Shown piece after piece: positions 29,924 through 40,001 of a DNA stretch of 64,000 nucleotides (its first letter is position 1; every line of letters begins with the position of its first letter). Made by a program: the position numbers and the translations under genes. The notes under the pieces are model-generated. The model saw nothing but the letters and a program-made list of their open reading frames with translations. It was not told the origin of the DNA and searched no databases. Source of the stretch: an uncultured Bacilli bacterium. Lineage in GTDB: Bacteria; Bacillota_I; Bacilli_A; RFN20; CAG-826. The stretch lies in NCBI GenBank assembly GCA_963722445.1, contig CAVRMZ010000001.1:7535-71534 (forward strand). The letters are read 5' to 3'.

Positions 29924-31261
29924 ATGTCAGAAATCAAAGGCGTTCTTGATGAAGCAAGGACGGCGGAAATTCTTTCTGCTTATGAAAAAGACGACAAGAA
30001 CGCCGTGATCCGCCACGCTTTGGCCCGTCACAGCCTTCCAAACGTCATTTTCGATTCTTCGAGTATTGGGGATGTTTCCCCTGAGTTTTCCATCGAACTC
30101 AAAACCTTGCCCGTCGCCAACCAGAAGATGAGCGGGCGCTGCTGGATTTTCGCAGGCCTTAATCTCTTGCGCGAAATCATTGCCCAGCAATGCGGCCATA
30201 AGAAATTTGAGCTCTCCCAGAATTATATTTCGCTTTATGACAAGATTGAGAAAGCAAACTATGTATTAGAGACCATTCTTAAATTGGGGGCTCGCGATCA
30301 TGATGACCGTGAATTTGCTTTCATCGTCGCCAACCCCGTCAATGATGGCGGCCAGTGGGACATGTTCGTCAATCTTGTGAAAAAGTATGGGGTGATCCCC
30401 CAGGAGAAGTTCCCAGAGACCTATCAATCCGAAGGCACCAAGGAGAGCGATTTCTTGGTGAATGACATCATTAAAGGGTTTGCCGCGGAGGCCCATAAGC
30501 TTTTGCTGGAAGGCAAGAGCGAAGACGCCCGCGCTTTAAAGGAAGAGACGATGGGGAAGATCTACAGTTTCTTTCTGGACTGCTTTGGCGTCCCTCCCAA
30601 GACTTTCGATTTCGAATACACCAACGACAAAGGCTATCACCTGGAAAAAGGCCTTACGCCACAGGGATTCTTCGCCAAATACATTGGAAACAAAATCGAC
30701 TCCTATCAGTCTATTATCAACTCTCCGACTGCCGATAAACCTTTTATGAAGAACTACACGATCGATTATCTCGGGAACGTAATAGAAGGGAAAATCATCA
30801 ATCACCTCAATCTTCCGATGGAGCGGATCAAGGAACTCATCATCGCCCAACTTAAAGACAATGAACCGGTATGGTTCGGGAGCGATGTTGGCTTCTACCG
30901 CGATCGCAACAGCTTTGCTTGGGATGAGAAAGCCTTCGATTATAAATCTCCCTTTGGCTTCGATGTCGTTTTTCCCAAAGGCGACATGCTCGATTTTTGG
31001 GCCAGCGCGATGAACCACGCCATGGTGATCGTGGGGGTTAATCTCGTTGATGGCGTTCCAGAGCGATGGAAGATCGAAAACAGCTGGGGCGCCGACAATG
31101 GCGTGAGCGGCTATTACGTCATGAGCAAAGACTGGTTCGACCAGTTCGTCTATCAAGCGGTTATTTTGAAGCAATACCTTACGCCCGACGAGCTTAAGGC
31201 CGCGAGTGAAGAGCCAACTCATCTCCATCCTTGGGATCCGATGGGAACTCTTGCCGATTAA
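29924..31261 (+). CDS. pepC: aminopeptidase C (bleomycin-hydrolase-type C1 cysteine peptidase)
   Basis: 445 aa. QKMSGRCWIFAGLN (catalytic Cys), MNHAMVIVG (His) and ENSWG. Confidence 0.9.
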   Translation: MSEIKGVLDEARTAEILSAYEKDDKNAVIRHALARHSLPNVIFDSSSIGDVSPEFSIELKTLPVANQKMSGRCWIFAGLNLLREIIAQQCGHKKFELSQNYISLYDKIEKANYVLETILKLGARDHDDREFAFIVANPVNDGGQWDMFVNLVKKYGVIPQEKFPETYQSEGTKESDFLVNDIIKGFAAEAHKLLLEGKSEDARALKEETMGKIYSFFLDCFGVPPKTFDFEYTNDKGYHLEKGLTPQGFFAKYIGNKIDSYQSIINSPTADKPFMKNYTIDYLGNVIEGKIINHLNLPMERIKELIIAQLKDNEPVWFGSDVGFYRDRNSFAWDEKAFDYKSPFGFDVVFPKGDMLDFWASAMNHAMVIVGVNLVDGVPERWKIENSWGADNGVSGYYVMSKDWFDQFVYQAVILKQYLTPDELKAASEEPTHLHPWDPMGTLAD

Positions 31262-31272
31262 GCGTTCTATGG

Positions 31273-31302
31273 GAGCCCCGTTTCGAAACAGGGCTCTTTT
31301 TT
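31273..31302 (+). terminator. rho-independent terminator after pepC
   Basis: Hairpin GAGCCCCGTTT-CG-AAACAGGGCTC followed by TTTTTT. Confidence 0.7.
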
Positions 31303-31833
31303 GTCAGCAAGAGGGGCCTTTTCAACGCCATCTCAGAATTCTTCCTCGGGGATGGGAAAGACGTCGCTCGCAATAGCGGCAAGGAGCTTTTAGAGTTTGA
31401 CGGCTTGAGGTTAATTTCGTCTTTCAGCTTTGCTATCTCCCGCTGAATCTTGCCGCTCTGGAAATATCGAAATCGCGGCCATGGTCAAAGATCCTTCTGA
31501 TCTTTTAAAAGCCTTAAACGATGTCGACCTTCAAAAAAGGCAAACAACTTTCCTTCGCGATTATTGGGGTCATTTTTTGCATGGCAACCCTTTTCTCGTC
31601 GCCCTCAAGCTCAGCGCCGTAGAACTGGCGAGTTATCGCGTCACGATTTGTCCTTCGCTTTATCTCTATTCCTTTCTTCTTACCTTTGTAGTGCCTTTGG
31701 GCATCAATGGCCGGCTTTCGTTTCGAATAGTCAAGGCCATGATGGTCGATAGTTTGAAGTCCTTCGAATAGGCGGATGTTTCACTTTCGCTTCCCAATCC
31801 TTTATACTAAAAGAAACTAAGGAGGCTTATTTG

Positions 31834-31983
31834 ATGCCAACCAAGAAGAAAGTTCAGAAGTATCGCTGCAAGGTTTGCGGCGCCATCGTCATCCCTAATC
31901 CGGATGGTTCGTGCCCCGTTTGCGGGGCGCCGAAAGAGATGCTTGTTCCCGTCGATGACGAGGGCAACGACATTAAACTTTAA
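31834..31983 (+). CDS. small zinc-ribbon / rubredoxin-like protein (49 aa)
   Basis: Absent from the ORF track because it is under 60 aa. A perfect SD TAAGGAGG lies 7 nt upstream of the ATG. Sequence MPTKKKVQKYRCKVCGAIVIPNPDGSCPVCGAPKEMLVPVDDEGNDIKL has two CxxC knuckles. A strong terminator follows. Confidence 0.65.
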   Translation: MPTKKKVQKYRCKVCGAIVIPNPDGSCPVCGAPKEMLVPVDDEGNDIKL

Positions 31984-31991
31984 CGCCAAAC

Positions 31992-32026
31992 AAAGCCGCT
32001 TGGGGAGTATTCTCAAGCGGCTTTTT
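31992..32026 (+). terminator. rho-independent terminator after zinc-ribbon gene
   Basis: Hairpin AAAGCCGCTTG-(11 nt)-CAAGCGGCTTT followed by TTT. Confidence 0.7.
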
Positions 32027-32127
32027 GATAGACCCATTAGGTATCTAGTCACAGCGCCTAATGCGCTTTGCTTGGCTTACTGCCCAAAGGTATGCCACAA
32101 TTAAATCCTAGAAGGGGGATAAAACTT

Positions 32128-33087
32128 ATGGAACCACGAAAAGTCGCCATCATCGGAGATGGAGCTGTTGGCAGCAGTATTGCCTATACCTTAATGTTAG
32201 GGCACGGCGTTAATGAGATCGTTATCGTCGATCTCAACAAAGACAAAGCCGAGGGGGATGCGCTTGACATGGCAGATGGGCAAAGTTTTCTTTCTGTCCC
32301 TAAGAGCGTCAAAGCTGGAGACTATTCCGCCATCAAGGGCGCTCACATCATCGTGATTACGGCCGGAGCGGCCCAAAAACCTGGTGAAACCCGCTTGGAT
32401 TTGCTCAAGAAAAACGCCTTTATAATGCAGTCGGTGATTGATGGGATTAAGCCTTATATCGAAAAAGACACCATCGTTTTAGTTGTTTCGAACCCCGTTG
32501 ATATCCTTACCTATTTTGTTTACAAGAAACTGGGATTGCCCGCTTCCCAAGTCTTTGGCAGTGGGACGGTTCTTGACACCTCGAGGTTGAAAACCGCCAT
32601 CAGCGAAGACACCCATATCGACCCGCGGAGCATTCACACTCTCGTGGTTGGAGAGCATGGTGATAGCGAAGTTGCCGTTTGGAGTTGCACAAGCATTGGC
32701 GGCTTGCGACTAACAAACTATTGCGCTAAATGTGGCAAATGCTTAGGACGTCCGATGTCGCATCTCGAAGATCTTTATACCAAAGTCAAAAACGCCGCTT
32801 ATGTCATCATCGAGAAAAAAGGCGCGACGAACTACGCCATTGCCTTAGCCGTTCAACGCATCACGAGCGCAATCCTTAATGATGAGAGATCGATTCTTAC
32901 CGTTTCCACTTTGCTCGATAAAAAATTCGGTGGGGTTCTTGACGACCTCTATCTTTCGCTACCTACGATTGTCGGAAGCAGTGGTATAGTCGAGGTCTTA
33001 GAGCCTGATTATTCCGAAGAAGAAAAGAGCGCGATAATCGCTTCCGGTCTCGCCCTCAAAGAGAAACTCAAAGAGCTTCCACAATAG
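32128..33087 (+). CDS. ldh: L-lactate dehydrogenase
   Basis: Rossmann motif VAIIGDGAVGSS, ITAGAAQKPGETRLDL, and catalytic VGEHGDS. ATG 32128 has a GAAGGGGG RBS. Confidence 0.9.
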   Translation: MEPRKVAIIGDGAVGSSIAYTLMLGHGVNEIVIVDLNKDKAEGDALDMADGQSFLSVPKSVKAGDYSAIKGAHIIVITAGAAQKPGETRLDLLKKNAFIMQSVIDGIKPYIEKDTIVLVVSNPVDILTYFVYKKLGLPASQVFGSGTVLDTSRLKTAISEDTHIDPRSIHTLVVGEHGDSEVAVWSCTSIGGLRLTNYCAKCGKCLGRPMSHLEDLYTKVKNAAYVIIEKKGATNYAIALAVQRITSAILNDERSILTVSTLLDKKFGGVLDDLYLSLPTIVGSSGIVEVLEPDYSEEEKSAIIASGLALKEKLKELPQ

Positions 33088-33153
33088 CGTTTTTCTCTTT
33101 AAAAAAGTCTCTTGGAATTGATCTGAGGTGCTTTTACAAATGATATCGGTTCA

Positions 33154-34308
33154 CTATTTGGTTTTTGGGTTGGTATAGAAATCCAAAAAAGCCCGCAAAA
33201 GAGGATCGTGATATTTGGCTGCGGCTTCATGGGTCCAATAGTTTTCGTCGCCATAGACTTCAACGTCCGCCGCCTGGACAGAGATATTGGCAAGAACCTT
33301 GGTGGCAACCGAATTGTTGTCCGTTAAGAAAGTAAGGCCGGAAACTCTTGCTTCGGTGAAATAAGTATTGGAAACGTAATAGTCGTCACTGTTTGAATTC
33401 TTGGTTAACGAATCATTGGCGTAAACATCGCCATCCAAAATAGCCGCCGCATAGTCCCCAGTCGAAGTTGGGGCGTAATTATAAAAGGTTGGGACATAGC
33501 CATCATCGAAGCCGAACGCGGCATTTCCAGCGACGCTTAAACCATATTTATCTTTATAAGCCTGCCATTCGCCGTTAGCTCTTGTGGTGGCATTCCATAA
33601 GCCTTCTTTTTCGACATCGATGGCATAAGACGTATTCCGCTGATTGATGTTGTATTTTTTTAAAAAGTTGTCATCGAGATAAGCGCAATCCGGGCAAGAG
33701 AAGCGAAGAAACCCCACGACAAAATTTGTGCCCTTGGCAAACAGAGAATCAAATTGCGTTTGGCTGATATAAAGCATGTTCGAGCGATGAACGCGTTCGT
33801 TCATCCAAAGGGCAAAAGTGGCATATTGAGTCCAGGTATCTGATGTGCCAGAGCTCGTTTTTTGGTATTTCACAGCGCCATTTTCATAAATTGCAATCGT
33901 TTCCTCTCCCGTGGCGAGAGAGAGGTTGTAATTGACCGCCGAAGCCTCGTTCGAAGGGGTTTGAACCGCCTCTAGCAAATCCTTCTGAATTCCGAAAAGA
34001 AGAAAGTTGTATTCCGCCAAATATTTCTTTATTGTCGCTTGAAAATTAATCCAGCAGACGCAAGTTTCATTCGTATCATAAACGATTAAAGCGAAGTTGT
34101 TTTGACGGCTGATTAAAGTATTCAAATCGCTGATTGAAAGGTTCCAAAGATGATGATCGATTTTGTTTGTCGAAGTGTCGAGCACAGTATCGTAAAGCTT
34201 TCCGAAAGTCAGATTCACTTGGGATAAACCGTCGTCGTAATTACACCCGGCCAACCCCACTAAGGCAAGGACCGAGAGCAGCGACACAGTTAATCCTTTT
34301 TTGTTCAT
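33154..34308 (-). CDS. lipoprotein with thioredoxin-like CxxC (CPDC) region, function unknown
   Basis: Lipobox signal MNKKGLTVSLLSVLALVGLAGC. Internal FLRFSCPDCAYLDD (CxxC) and an earlier NETCVCWINF segment. Confidence 0.55.
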   Translation of the reverse strand: MNKKGLTVSLLSVLALVGLAGCNYDDGLSQVNLTFGKLYDTVLDTSTNKIDHHLWNLSISDLNTLISRQNNFALIVYDTNETCVCWINFQATIKKYLAEYNFLLFGIQKDLLEAVQTPSNEASAVNYNLSLATGEETIAIYENGAVKYQKTSSGTSDTWTQYATFALWMNERVHRSNMLYISQTQFDSLFAKGTNFVVGFLRFSCPDCAYLDDNFLKKYNINQRNTSYAIDVEKEGLWNATTRANGEWQAYKDKYGLSVAGNAAFGFDDGYVPTFYNYAPTSTGDYAAAILDGDVYANDSLTKNSNSDDYYVSNTYFTEARVSGLTFLTDNNSVATKVLANISVQAADVEVYGDENYWTHEAAAKYHDPLLRAFLDFYTNPKTK

Positions 34309-34637
34309 GGTTGTATTTTATTATTTTTCACGTTTTTTTCAATCAAAGGTAATTATTTTTGTCAGAGCAGCAAAAAACTCACCACGAATTTGTGGTTTTA
34401 AAAAAATATTTTGGAATTTTTAAAAAGAGGGAAAGCTTGATAAGGCCGATAAAAAGCCAACTTTTAAAAAAATGGATTCTTTAGCGAAATACTTTTTTAA
34501 ACAATTAGATAAAATTCTATTGAATTCTTGTTCAAATAATTGCATATTTTTTCGCGTCAGGATGCTAACTCGTCATTGAGTAGACATCATTGGCATTCGT
34601 TTCCGTGTTTCTGGTCCAATCCCTGGAGGTATGGCAA

Positions 34638-36158
34638 ATGGACGCTAATAACACAATCATCTCTCTAGTTCACGTGAGCAAAGTGTTCGATGGCAATTTC
34701 ACAGCCGTCGATGATTTCAACCTTGATATCCGGAAAGGTGAATTCGTAACTTTGCTTGGACCGTCTGGATGTGGCAAAACCACGACGCTCCGCATGATCG
34801 CCGGTTTTGAACTTCCGACCAAAGGGAAAATTCTCCTAAATGGGTTGGATATTACAAATCTTCCGCCATATAAGCGGCCGGTCAATACGGTTTTCCAGCG
34901 CTACGCCCTTTTCCCATATCTCGACGTTTACGACAACATCGCTTTCGGACTGAAGCTTAAGAAAATTGAATACACCGAGAAAAATCGCAAAGGCGAGATT
35001 GAAACCAAATATCGTCATCTCACCGCCAAAGAAGTCGACGAGAAAGTTGCCAACGCTCTCGAAGTAGTGGATATGTCCGAAATGGAAGATCGGGATATCT
35101 CTACGCTTAGTGGAGGCCAGCAACAGCGCGTGGCCATTGCCCGTGCAATTGTCAATGAACCCCAGGTTCTTTTGCTGGATGAACCTTTGAGTGCCCTTGA
35201 TCGCAAGATGCGCAAAGACATGCAACTCGAATTAAAAGAGATGCACCAAAAACTTGGCATCACTTTCCTTTACGTCACCCATGATCAAGAAGAGGCCTTG
35301 ACGATGTCGGACACCGTCGTCGTTATGAAAAACGGGGCAATTCAGCAAGTCGGGACGCCCGAGGCTATTTATAATGAACCCCAGTCCGCTTACGTCGCAG
35401 ACTTCATCGGCGAGTCGAGCATCTATAACGGAACGATGGTCGGCAAGAAAAAAGTCCGTTTCCTTGGAGGCGTTTGGTCTTGCATTGATGACTTCGCTCT
35501 CAATGAGAAAGTCGATGTCGTTATCCGTCCAGAAGACGTTATGATCGGGACGCCCGGGAAAGGCACTGTAGATGGTCTTATCACCTCTTGTATCTTTAAA
35601 GGAGAGGACTATTCTTACGTCATTAATGTGGGCAAAAACGAATTGACCTGCCGAAATCATATCGCCCGTCAAGTCGGAGCCAAGGTCTCGATCAAGGTGG
35701 CCAAAGAAAACCTGCAGATCATGCACAAAGAGCTCACTGAAAACGAATATACCGATGCCTATATCGATAAAAACGGAGACGTTCAGATTTCGGATCATGC
35801 TTTTCCTTGCGATCTTACCCAGCTTATCAAAGGAACGAAACTTGAAGATGGTTACCTTGTCGATTCTCGTCTTAAGAAAAAGTATGACCTTACGGATGCC
35901 GAAGTCGTCGCCGAATGCGAATTAAGCGCCCCGATTCTTTCCGATGATCTGACCCAGGGCCATTGCACAGGAACGATTGTGACCTCAGTCTGGTTGGGCG
36001 ATCACTATCAGTACATCGTTCGTACCGATGAAGAAGAAGATTTTGTTTGCAACACGCCTTATCAGTGGAACGAGGGTGATATCGTTTCCGTCGATATTCC
36101 CAAGGACAAAATTCGCCTGCGTTTAAAGAAGGACCCGGACGATTATGTCGTTAACTGA
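34638..36158 (+). CDS. potA: spermidine/putrescine ABC transporter ATP-binding protein, extended form
   Basis: [23 protein letters not shown] and LLLDEPLSALD. An insertion of about 30 aa precedes the signature motif and there is a long C-terminal extension. ATG 34638 has a GGAGG RBS. Confidence 0.9.
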   Translation: MDANNTIISLVHVSKVFDGNFTAVDDFNLDIRKGEFVTLLGPSGCGKTTTLRMIAGFELPTKGKILLNGLDITNLPPYKRPVNTVFQRYALFPYLDVYDNIAFGLKLKKIEYTEKNRKGEIETKYRHLTAKEVDEKVANALEVVDMSEMEDRDISTLSGGQQQRVAIARAIVNEPQVLLLDEPLSALDRKMRKDMQLELKEMHQKLGITFLYVTHDQEEALTMSDTVVVMKNGAIQQVGTPEAIYNEPQSAYVADFIGESSIYNGTMVGKKKVRFLGGVWSCIDDFALNEKVDVVIRPEDVMIGTPGKGTVDGLITSCIFKGEDYSYVINVGKNELTCRNHIARQVGAKVSIKVAKENLQIMHKELTENEYTDAYIDKNGDVQISDHAFPCDLTQLIKGTKLEDGYLVDSRLKKKYDLTDAEVVAECELSAPILSDDLTQGHCTGTIVTSVWLGDHYQYIVRTDEEEDFVCNTPYQWNEGDIVSVDIPKDKIRLRLKKDPDDYVVN

Positions 36159-37017
36159 AAGAGAAAAGCAATCCCGCTCGAACCAATTGAGCGAGTTTTT
36201 TGCATTGAAACGGAAATATCTTGCGATTCCCTATGCGCTTTTTCTTTTGCTCTTCGTTATTTTTCCGCTCCTTCTCATCCTTTTTTATGCCTTCAGCAAG
36301 ACGACAATCGCGGCGGACGGAACCAAAACCATTTCTTTCTCTTTTGATGCCGCGGTTGGTTTTTTCACCAGCAGCGACAAATGGTCGGTGTTGCTCGTTT
36401 CTATTTTCATGGGGATTCAAACGACGATCATTTGTTTAATTCTTTCTTATCCCGCCGCTTATTTCTTAGCCGATAAGAGGTTCAATACAAATAAGGTTCT
36501 CGTCATTCTCTTTATCATGCCGATGTGGATCAACTTCGTCATTCGAACTGGCGCGACCCGTGACCTCCTTAACTGGATGGGGCTTTCCGGGGGCACCCAT
36601 CCTTGGAGCGCGACGCTGATTGGCATGGTCTATAACTTCTTGCCTTTTACGATTCTTCCGCTATACACGACAATGCTTAAACTCGATCGTTCGCAGATCG
36701 AAGCGGCTGCCGATCTTGGGGCTAATCCTTCTCAAGTCTTCTTGAAAAACATCCTTTATCAAAGCATTCCGGGGATTGTGGCAGCCAGCGAAATGGTTTT
36801 CATGCCGGTCATGTCGAGTTATGTCATTTCCGACACCCTGTCAGAAGGCAAGATAACCTTATTCGGCAACTACATTTATCTCGACTTCACAAACAACTTA
36901 TGGAGTGAAGGTTCCTTTATGGCTCTCATTATGCTTGCCATTATCGCAATTTCGATGCTATTGACCCGCAATGTCGACAAAGATGCGGCCGAATCGAGAG
37001 GAGGCAATTTATGGTGA
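36145..37017 (+). CDS. potB: spermidine/putrescine ABC transporter permease
   Basis: 290 aa with 6 TM helices. EAA-type loop QIEAAADLGANPSQVFLKNILYQSIPG. Overlaps potA by 14 nt. Confidence 0.85.
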   Translation: MSLTEREKQSRSNQLSEFFALKRKYLAIPYALFLLLFVIFPLLLILFYAFSKTTIAADGTKTISFSFDAAVGFFTSSDKWSVLLVSIFMGIQTTIICLILSYPAAYFLADKRFNTNKVLVILFIMPMWINFVIRTGATRDLLNWMGLSGGTHPWSATLIGMVYNFLPFTILPLYTTMLKLDRSQIEAAADLGANPSQVFLKNILYQSIPGIVAASEMVFMPVMSSYVISDTLSEGKITLFGNYIYLDFTNNLWSEGSFMALIMLAIIAISMLLTRNVDKDAAESRGGNLW

Positions 37018-37877
37018 AGCAAGATCGCAAAAAACTCTTTTTCCGAATTCTGGGCGAAAGCTATATTTGGATTCTTTTGATCATCATGTATTTGCCGGTG
37101 CTCGTTCTCATGATATATTCGTTTACCAATAGCACGAATTTAGGGACTTGGAATGGCTTTTCGTTTGAACTCTACGCTAAACTATTTCAAGACAAAGAGG
37201 TCCAAATTGCGGTGGGAAATACGGTGATAATCGCCATTGTGGCCGGTGTCCTCTCGACGATTATCGGCTCCTTTGGCGCAGTCGGCGTCTATGAATGCAA
37301 GCCTTGGGTTAAGAAGTCCCTTGATTTTGGCACTCAGATTCCAGTCGTGAATCCGGAAATCGTTATTGCGTTGTCGCTCATTGTCATGTTCGTCTTTTTA
37401 TGGGGAATTTTCGGAAATTTCGGTCTTTCGTTTTGGACCCTTCTCGCCGGGCACCTCGTTCTCTGCGTTCCTTTTGTCTACCTTTCCGTGAAGCCCAAAC
37501 TCATTCAAATGGACCCCGCTCTTTATGAAGCCGCTCTTGATTTAGGCTGCACGCCGCGGCAAGCGTTGCGCAAAGTTATACTCCCGGAAATTCTTCCTGG
37601 GGTTGTGGGCGGCTTTCTCATCGCAATCACGCTTTCGCTTGATGATTTCATCGTCACGGCCTTCACGGCTGGGCCAGGTCTCTTATCGGGAGACAGCACC
37701 ATTTCCACGATTTCGACCTATGTTGAAGGCATTATCAAAAAGCATCCTTTGCCCGCGGAGCTAAGAGCGCTGTCCACTCTTATTTTCTTATTAGTTCTTT
37801 TGCTCATTATCGGCGCGACCATTTATAGCAACGTCAAGGCCAAGCAAGGCAAGAAACGGAAAGGACGGCAATACTAG
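37011..37877 (+). CDS. potC: spermidine/putrescine ABC transporter permease
   Basis: 288 aa. EAA-type loop LYEAALDLGCTPRQALRKVILPEILPG. Overlaps potB. Confidence 0.85.
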   Translation: MVKQDRKKLFFRILGESYIWILLIIMYLPVLVLMIYSFTNSTNLGTWNGFSFELYAKLFQDKEVQIAVGNTVIIAIVAGVLSTIIGSFGAVGVYECKPWVKKSLDFGTQIPVVNPEIVIALSLIVMFVFLWGIFGNFGLSFWTLLAGHLVLCVPFVYLSVKPKLIQMDPALYEAALDLGCTPRQALRKVILPEILPGVVGGFLIAITLSLDDFIVTAFTAGPGLLSGDSTISTISTYVEGIIKKHPLPAELRALSTLIFLLVLLLIIGATIYSNVKAKQGKKRKGRQY

Positions 37878-37878
37878 A

Positions 37879-39918
37879 ATGAAAACCTTAGCGATTTCTC
37901 TTTTTTCTTTGGTTTTTTTGGCTAACGCCTCCGGAGCTCCGCTTCTTTCGGAAGCCACTGCCATTCAAAAAGCGGATAACGTGGTAGGCGCCAATAGCCT
38001 TTCCTCGGGCGATACCGTCGATTTGAATATCGTGAATTCCGATGATTATATCGGGCCTAACGTCATTCAGGAATTTGAGGATTATTGCAAAGCCACGGAT
38101 GGGGTCAACGTGAATGTCATTTATTCGACTTTCTCGACCCCGGAAGAAATCCTTGCCAAGATCACGACCGGGAGCGCCACTTATGATCTCGTTAACGACT
38201 CCGACTACATCATTCAGAAAATGATGACCCTGAATCTCCTTCGGCCTTTTGCGACGGGAGCAGATCGCACGGCCCTCTATGGAACCCGAAACTCAGGTTG
38301 GGAAGACACCTATTCCAGATTCGTTTCGCCTTACCTTCAAAATAAATTCAAAACGATCTCGGCTGATGTCAAAGGGGTATCACAGACTTTGGACAAATAC
38401 GCTCGCGGGTATATGTGGGGGACGCTAGGCCTAACGTATAATCCTTATTTTTCGGCCTATCAAGGTTTGGAGAAAAAAGCTGACGGAAGCAACGATCCCG
38501 ATGCCTCGGCGAACGACGTCAAAGTTCAGATGAGCGATTGGAATTCTTTATGGAGCGATAACTTCAAGTCGACTTTCCAAATCAAGGATTCGATGCGGGA
38601 TACCTATTCGATCGGCCTTATGCATGTTTTTGATTCCGATTTTAAAGAGATTCAGCGTTGGTATGAAAAGGGGACTGATAACGAAGAAAGAGCTTACACG
38701 GCTGACGATTACAACCGAGATGTGACGATTATCTTCAACAATATCAATAACATCGATGAGTTCAACACTCTCGTGAAGAAGATCGATCCGACGGCTTCCA
38801 AAGCCACGCCTGAGAGCATTGTGGATTCCATTCAAGAGTCCCTCGTCACCCTTAAGGACAATTCCTTTGGCTTGGAAGTCGATAGCGGAAAAACCGATAT
38901 TACTACGAACAACAAGAGTGGAATCGACACCGCTTGGAGCGGCGATTCCATTACTTCAATGAACCTCGGGGACACCGAATCCTTTGATTTGAGGGGCGAT
39001 GGCAAAAAAGAGTCCCTTCCCCTTTATTACTCGCTTCCCAAGACCGGAGGCAACATTTGGTTCGACAACTGGGTGATGCTGGATAGCCCTTCTTTGAACC
39101 AAGAATATGCGCAAAAGTTCGTGGATTTCATCTCCAATCCCGACGAGATTTCGATCGTGGACAGCAAAGGGAATACCACACAGCACAACATTGCCGTCGA
39201 GAACATGAGTTACATTGGCTATACCTCATTCGTGGCTGGCGACGCTTTGATTGACTATGTGCGGGATAGCTACGATCCGCGCACGAAAGCCATGTATGTT
39301 TATGATGACACGAACAGCGATTGGCTCTATGACGATAATGGCGACAAGGTCTATAAGAACGGGAGCGGCGTTCATGACGATGGCTTAGATTATGGCGATG
39401 CCAATATGGCAGGCTCGACTTTTGCTTTCCCCGTCATTGACGGAGTTGCCTCTTCGGATTGGTCTTCTTATGCTTCCGACAAGGGTTGGACTGGGGTTGA
39501 CCTGTCCTACTTCTTTGATGGTTCGTTGACCGACTATACCAACGATGTCGACACGAAGTTCTACTCGAGCGAGATCGAAAAGGTGACGGGCAAGAACGTC
39601 GCGGGGGAAAAGGAAACCGTTTATGTGGGAAGACAGTTCTTAGCCCAATATCCCACCGAAGACAAGCTGAACAAGGGAACGGTTCTTGACCAAATCCCGA
39701 GTTTGGCGGTCATGGAGGATTATGGCACCTCCAATAACACCTATGTCTTGCGGATGTGGGAGAACGTGAAAAGCAGCGGGGCTATTGAGACTTGGGTCAT
39801 CGTGGTGCTAGCCGTTGAAGGAGCGCTTGCCATTGGCTTTGGGACTTACTTCTTCTCCAAAAAGCGAACGGCGAAACTCTTACGCCGAAAGCGGCGCGAA
39901 GAAAGCCTTAAAAAATAA
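37879..39918 (+). CDS. potD: PotD-like polyamine-binding protein, expanded (679 aa) with C-terminal membrane anchor
   Basis: N-terminal signal MKTLAISLFSLVFLANASG. PotD-like segments (NSDDYI, GNIWFDNWVML). A C-terminal TM helix plus basic tail WVIVVLAVEGALAIGFGTYFFSKKRTAKLLRRKRRE. Fourth gene of the pot operon. Confidence 0.7.
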   Translation: MKTLAISLFSLVFLANASGAPLLSEATAIQKADNVVGANSLSSGDTVDLNIVNSDDYIGPNVIQEFEDYCKATDGVNVNVIYSTFSTPEEILAKITTGSATYDLVNDSDYIIQKMMTLNLLRPFATGADRTALYGTRNSGWEDTYSRFVSPYLQNKFKTISADVKGVSQTLDKYARGYMWGTLGLTYNPYFSAYQGLEKKADGSNDPDASANDVKVQMSDWNSLWSDNFKSTFQIKDSMRDTYSIGLMHVFDSDFKEIQRWYEKGTDNEERAYTADDYNRDVTIIFNNINNIDEFNTLVKKIDPTASKATPESIVDSIQESLVTLKDNSFGLEVDSGKTDITTNNKSGIDTAWSGDSITSMNLGDTESFDLRGDGKKESLPLYYSLPKTGGNIWFDNWVMLDSPSLNQEYAQKFVDFISNPDEISIVDSKGNTTQHNIAVENMSYIGYTSFVAGDALIDYVRDSYDPRTKAMYVYDDTNSDWLYDDNGDKVYKNGSGVHDDGLDYGDANMAGSTFAFPVIDGVASSDWSSYASDKGWTGVDLSYFFDGSLTDYTNDVDTKFYSSEIEKVTGKNVAGEKETVYVGRQFLAQYPTEDKLNKGTVLDQIPSLAVMEDYGTSNNTYVLRMWENVKSSGAIETWVIVVLAVEGALAIGFGTYFFSKKRTAKLLRRKRREESLKK

Positions 39919-39921
39919 ACG

Positions 39922-39958
39922 AAAGCGCTTTTCCAAGTGGGAAGGCGCTTTTCGTTGA
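39922..39958 (+). terminator. rho-independent terminator after pot operon
   Basis: Imperfect hairpin AAAGCGCTTTTCC-AAGTG-GGAAGGCGCTTT followed by TCGTT. Confidence 0.55.
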
Positions 39959-40001
39959 TGGAATCCTCCTCAAAGATAAGGTAAAATAAAAACACAACAT
40001 T

